Positions 19,062-21,125 of a stretch of 21,125 nucleotides of DNA are shown here, piece after piece. Position 1 is the stretch's first letter, and each line of letters starts with the position of its first letter. Position numbers and translations under genes: made by a program. The notes under the pieces are model-generated. The model was not told where the DNA came from, did no database searches, and saw only the letters and a list, made by a program, of their open reading frames with translations. The DNA comes from Nitrosomonas europaea (GTDB taxonomy: Bacteria; Pseudomonadota; Gammaproteobacteria; Burkholderiales; Nitrosomonadaceae). The stretch lies in assembly GCF_900167395.1 (NCBI RefSeq), contig NZ_FUWK01000045.1, positions 1-21,125 on the forward strand. Reading direction: 5' to 3'.

Positions 19062-19313
19062 GTGGGGCAAGTCTACGCCTTCTCGGAAGGCTACCCAATC
19101 GCGGCGGCCTACACGGTGCTGGCGCTCCTCGTCCGTTTGCTGGTGTTATACCTGATGCTGCCGCTTTTCCTGATGGCGCTGATGGTCCTGCCGTGGGCGG
19201 TCTACCTAGCGTTGCCGATCAGCGTGAGCCCGATCCTGATTCTGCTGCCGAGTGCGATCTTGCTTGGGGTGGCCGTGGACATCGCGGCGGCGACGTTCAA
19301 AAAGTACCTGTAA
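19062..19313 (+). CDS. hypothetical 83-aa hydrophobic protein (about 3 predicted TM segments); same frame as the preceding ORF
   Basis: GTG start at 19062 with only a weak, distant AGGAA. By hand count, 72 of 83 codons end in G/C. The sequence is almost entirely hydrophobic (AAYTVLALLVRLLVLYLMLPLFLMALMVLPWAVYLALPISVSPILILLPSAILLGVAV). Confidence 0.5.
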   Translation: MGQVYAFSEGYPIAAAYTVLALLVRLLVLYLMLPLFLMALMVLPWAVYLALPISVSPILILLPSAILLGVAVDIAAATFKKYL

Positions 19314-19406
19314 GAGCGCGCGATAGATTCTCCATCTCGGACTCCGTAGGCATGCTGCATGATCTGTTAAGAGCAGCCTTCTTGCGGTCGTGGCCGTGAT
19401 CGCTAT

Positions 19407-19719
19407 TCAGCGGCGCCTGCTTCGCCCCGGCCATGGCAGTTCTCCGGTCAGCTCAGCCAAGCCTCCATCGTCTTGAATACGTGCGCCGAAGCGGCTTACC
19501 TCCACCTCCGGTAAATCGTCGCTGTCGAACCATAGCAGGGAGATGGTGGTATCGGTCCGCAGGTAATGCCTTGCAAGCTCCCAGAGGTCAAGGCCCTTTT
19601 CCCAGTTGTCGAACCAGACGTCCTGTGAAACTTCCCCCGTCTCAGTAGCGCTCTTCCCTGAAGAGCGGATTCGGTGAGCCACGGAGCCTGCTGGAATTAC
19701 CGACCGGTATCCAGGCCCC
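19407..19719 (-). other. out-of-frame continuation of the ImmA/IrrE gene: frameshifted C-terminal domain (pseudogene or sequencing error) or an overlapping small ORF
   Basis: This is the distal part of track ORF 19407..19844(-). From about IPAGSVAHRIRSSGKSATETGEVSQDVWFDNWEKGLDLWELARHYLRTDTTISLLWFDSDDLPEVEVSRFGARIQDDGGLAELTGEL it looks protein-like. It has no in-frame ATG after the part that overlaps ImmA. A C4 run (19716-19719) lies where the two frames would join. Confidence 0.4.
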
Positions 19720-20271
19720 TGCTTGCCGCAAGGCAGTGGAGCGTGCGGCATACCGCACTGCACCGCGCTCCATGGTGACGAATGCGCATGGCATATCGCT
19801 AAGACTGGCGAACCTTGACGCCGCTGCAGGGAATGATGTGCCAAACAAGTCGGCCATGTGTTGGATGAGATCCAAGGAGGGCTCTTCCTTGGGAACAGCG
19901 GAGAGCCATTGCTGATAGGGCATCAGCAGTTCAGCGGCAAACGTATCGCAGGCGATCTCGTTCGGATGTCGCTTTGCATAGGACCAAGACGGCACCTCTT
20001 CGTGACTCGACTCCAGGCCGAGCACTATATGAGCTACCTCATGGCAGATGGTGAAACGCTGGCGCTCTTCCGTTTCCAGCGAGTTCACCGTAATGACGTG
20101 CTTCCCGTTCGGCTTGGTGATTGTGTAGCCGGACTCTCCCTCACCAAGCTCTTCCTTCTTGACCTTGGCGTTAGCTTCGGTCACATACGGGGACAGGTCT
20201 TCTCGGATGTTCGAAACATCGACGCGCGCGACAAACGCGCGCGCTCTCTGCCTGACATCCGCCTCGTCCAT
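19642..20271 (-). CDS. ImmA/IrrE-family (Peptidase_M78/COG2856) zinc metallopeptidase, as currently framed 209 aa
   Basis: HEVAH (HEXXH) is encoded at 20029-20043. It is preceded by RQRFTICHE and followed by NEIACDTFAAELLMP, the usual third-ligand region. The start lies 2 nt after the XRE stop. Confidence 0.85.
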   Translation of the reverse strand: MDEADVRQRARAFVARVDVSNIREDLSPYVTEANAKVKKEELGEGESGYTITKPNGKHVITVNSLETEERQRFTICHEVAHIVLGLESSHEEVPSWSYAKRHPNEIACDTFAAELLMPYQQWLSAVPKEEPSLDLIQHMADLFGTSFPAAASRFASLSDMPCAFVTMERGAVRYAARSTALRQAGAWIPVGNSSRLRGSPNPLFREERY

Positions 20272-20273
20272 GT

Positions 20274-20660
20274 TCAGTCATCCTCGTCGTCGAAGGCCCT
20301 TTTGATTCGGGCGATCAGAGTTGCGGGATCAGGCCTCGTGTTTCCGCGATGCCTCACTCCCGCCGCAGCCGAAAAGATGTCGATGCTGATGGATGGGTCT
20401 TGTAACACGAACTCGACAAGACGGGGATCGGCTTCGGCATGGTCAACAAGCCACATCACAAGCGCGGCATCCCTCTCCCCGGGCTTGAGAACCCTCAACA
20501 ACTTCTCAACCAGATCCGGCGACGGATTGGTCTTCTCGCCCGACTCTAAGCGGTGGACATATGCATGATCCACCGACGAGAGCTGACCGATCTCTCGCAG
20601 CGAAAGGGTTCTGCGTTCGCGCAGCGTCTTGAGGGCGACGCCCAAGCCTGTTTGTGACAT
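20274..20660 (-). CDS. XRE-family helix-turn-helix transcriptional regulator
   Basis: ORF 20274..20795(-), trimmed to MSQTGLGVALKTLRERRTLSLREIGQLSSVDHAYVHRLESGEK (cat at 20658-20660) with GAGGAA 8 nt upstream. The discarded 45 N-terminal codons are low-complexity and run into the IS end. 128 aa with an acidic C-terminus. Confidence 0.85.
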   Translation of the reverse strand: MSQTGLGVALKTLRERRTLSLREIGQLSSVDHAYVHRLESGEKTNPSPDLVEKLLRVLKPGERDAALVMWLVDHAEADPRLVEFVLQDPSISIDIFSAAAGVRHRGNTRPDPATLIARIKRAFDDEDD

Positions 20661-20768
20661 CCGTTCTGTTCCTCGCGGTTGCGGAGAGGGAGACGGCTCC
20701 GCAGCTCCGCCCCCGCACCAGTTGTGTTCAATGGCTCCCGCTGGGTATTTGCAGCCAGGCGCCAACTC

Positions 20769-21125
20769 TGATACAGTGTTGAACCGTCCCGACAATCGAG
20801 GAGGCTATTTGGTTAAAGTAAAATATCCATCAATGTCTTATTATCCTGGGTTTGTCGGTAGTTTTCTTCAGCCTGAGCTGGAGGAATATACCCGATAGAT
20901 CCAAGCAGGCGTTGATGGTTATACCAGGCAACCCATTCCAAAGTTGCCAGCTCCACAGCAGCCCTGGTTTTCCAGGGAGCTCTCCTGTGTATCAGTTCAG
21001 CCTTGTACAGGCCATTGATCGTTTCAGCCAGCGCATTATCGTAACTGTCACCGCGACTGCCGACAGACGGTTCAATACCGGCTTGTGCCAGACGTTCGGT
21101 ATAACGGATCGACACGTATTGCGAT
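20769..21125 (-). mobile_element. IS3-family insertion sequence, transposase-distal end (continues past the right window edge)
   Basis: The transposase C-terminus ends at 20813. G+C drops and a TG-initiated terminus (tgatacagtgttgaaccgtccc from 20769) lies 44 bp beyond the stop, a distance typical of IS3-family ends. The exact boundary is inferred, not proven. Confidence 0.6.
20813..21125 (-). CDS. IS3-family transposase OrfB (DDE integrase core), C-terminal part; the 5' part lies beyond the right window edge
   Basis: ...SIRYTERLAQAGIEPSVGSRGDSYDNALAETINGLYKAELIHRRAPWKTRAAVELATLEWVAWYNHQRLLGSIGYIPPAQAEENY. The segment GDSYDNALAE...K.E is the conserved DDE 'E' region of IS3-family OrfB. The frame stays open to position 21125. 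Confidence 0.9.
   Translation of the reverse strand, partial: SQYVSIRYTERLAQAGIEPSVGSRGDSYDNALAETINGLYKAELIHRRAPWKTRAAVELATLEWVAWYNHQRLLGSIGYIPPAQAEENYRQTQDNKTLMDILL

Noticed and set aside
20661-20795. 45-codon N-terminal extension of the XRE regulator
   Set aside because: There is no HTH-related sequence in it and it runs into the IS3 terminus. An internal ATG with a GAGGAA RBS gives a standard XRE N-terminus.
1-21125. A composite transposon bounded by the two IS elements; also CRISPR arrays, tandem repeats, rRNA and a tRNA-linked integrase
   Set aside because: The two IS belong to different families (IS481-like and IS3) and enclose about 17 kb of conserved housekeeping genes. I saw no regularly spaced repeats, rRNA-like sequence or integrase on either strand. 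The single tRNA-Gln sits in its conserved ispE-prs position, far from the islet.

Overview
About 17 kb of ordinary proteobacterial housekeeping chromosome (about 50% G+C by hand sampling, gene order typical of beta/gamma-proteobacteria). It has an unrelated, partial insertion sequence at each window edge and a G+C-rich accessory islet of about 3.7 kb at the right. Minus strand, left to right: the N-terminal part of an IS481-like transposase, ubiD, ubiA, ubiC, an orphan PilG/CheY-like receiver, trkH, trkA, a 424-aa membrane-anchored hypothetical, and an Slp-family lipoprotein. Plus strand: minC, minD, minE, lolB, ispE, tRNA-Gln(UUG), prs, rplY, pth, ychF. About 440 bp of apparently non-coding DNA follows ychF. 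The islet runs from 17038 to about 20768. It holds (i) an apparently intact AbiEi/AbiEii pair (type IV toxin-antitoxin / abortive infection). (ii) Divergent from it, a strongly coding-looking frame of 167 sense codons, split by one in-frame TAG into a 74-aa soluble ORF and an 83-aa ORF with about three transmembrane segments. (iii) Convergent to that, an XRE-HTH regulator tightly coupled to an ImmA/IrrE (HEXXH) metallopeptidase whose reading frame appears to continue out of frame for about 95 more codons. The islet abuts the end of an IS3-family element. I see no CRISPR array, rRNA, integrase or phage structural genes. I cannot name a clear-cut new multi-gene system from sequence alone. The best candidates for follow-up are the amber-split soluble-plus-membrane ORF beside AbiE and the XRE/ImmA module with its out-of-frame tail. 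Everything left of 16.6 kb looks like conserved core genome.
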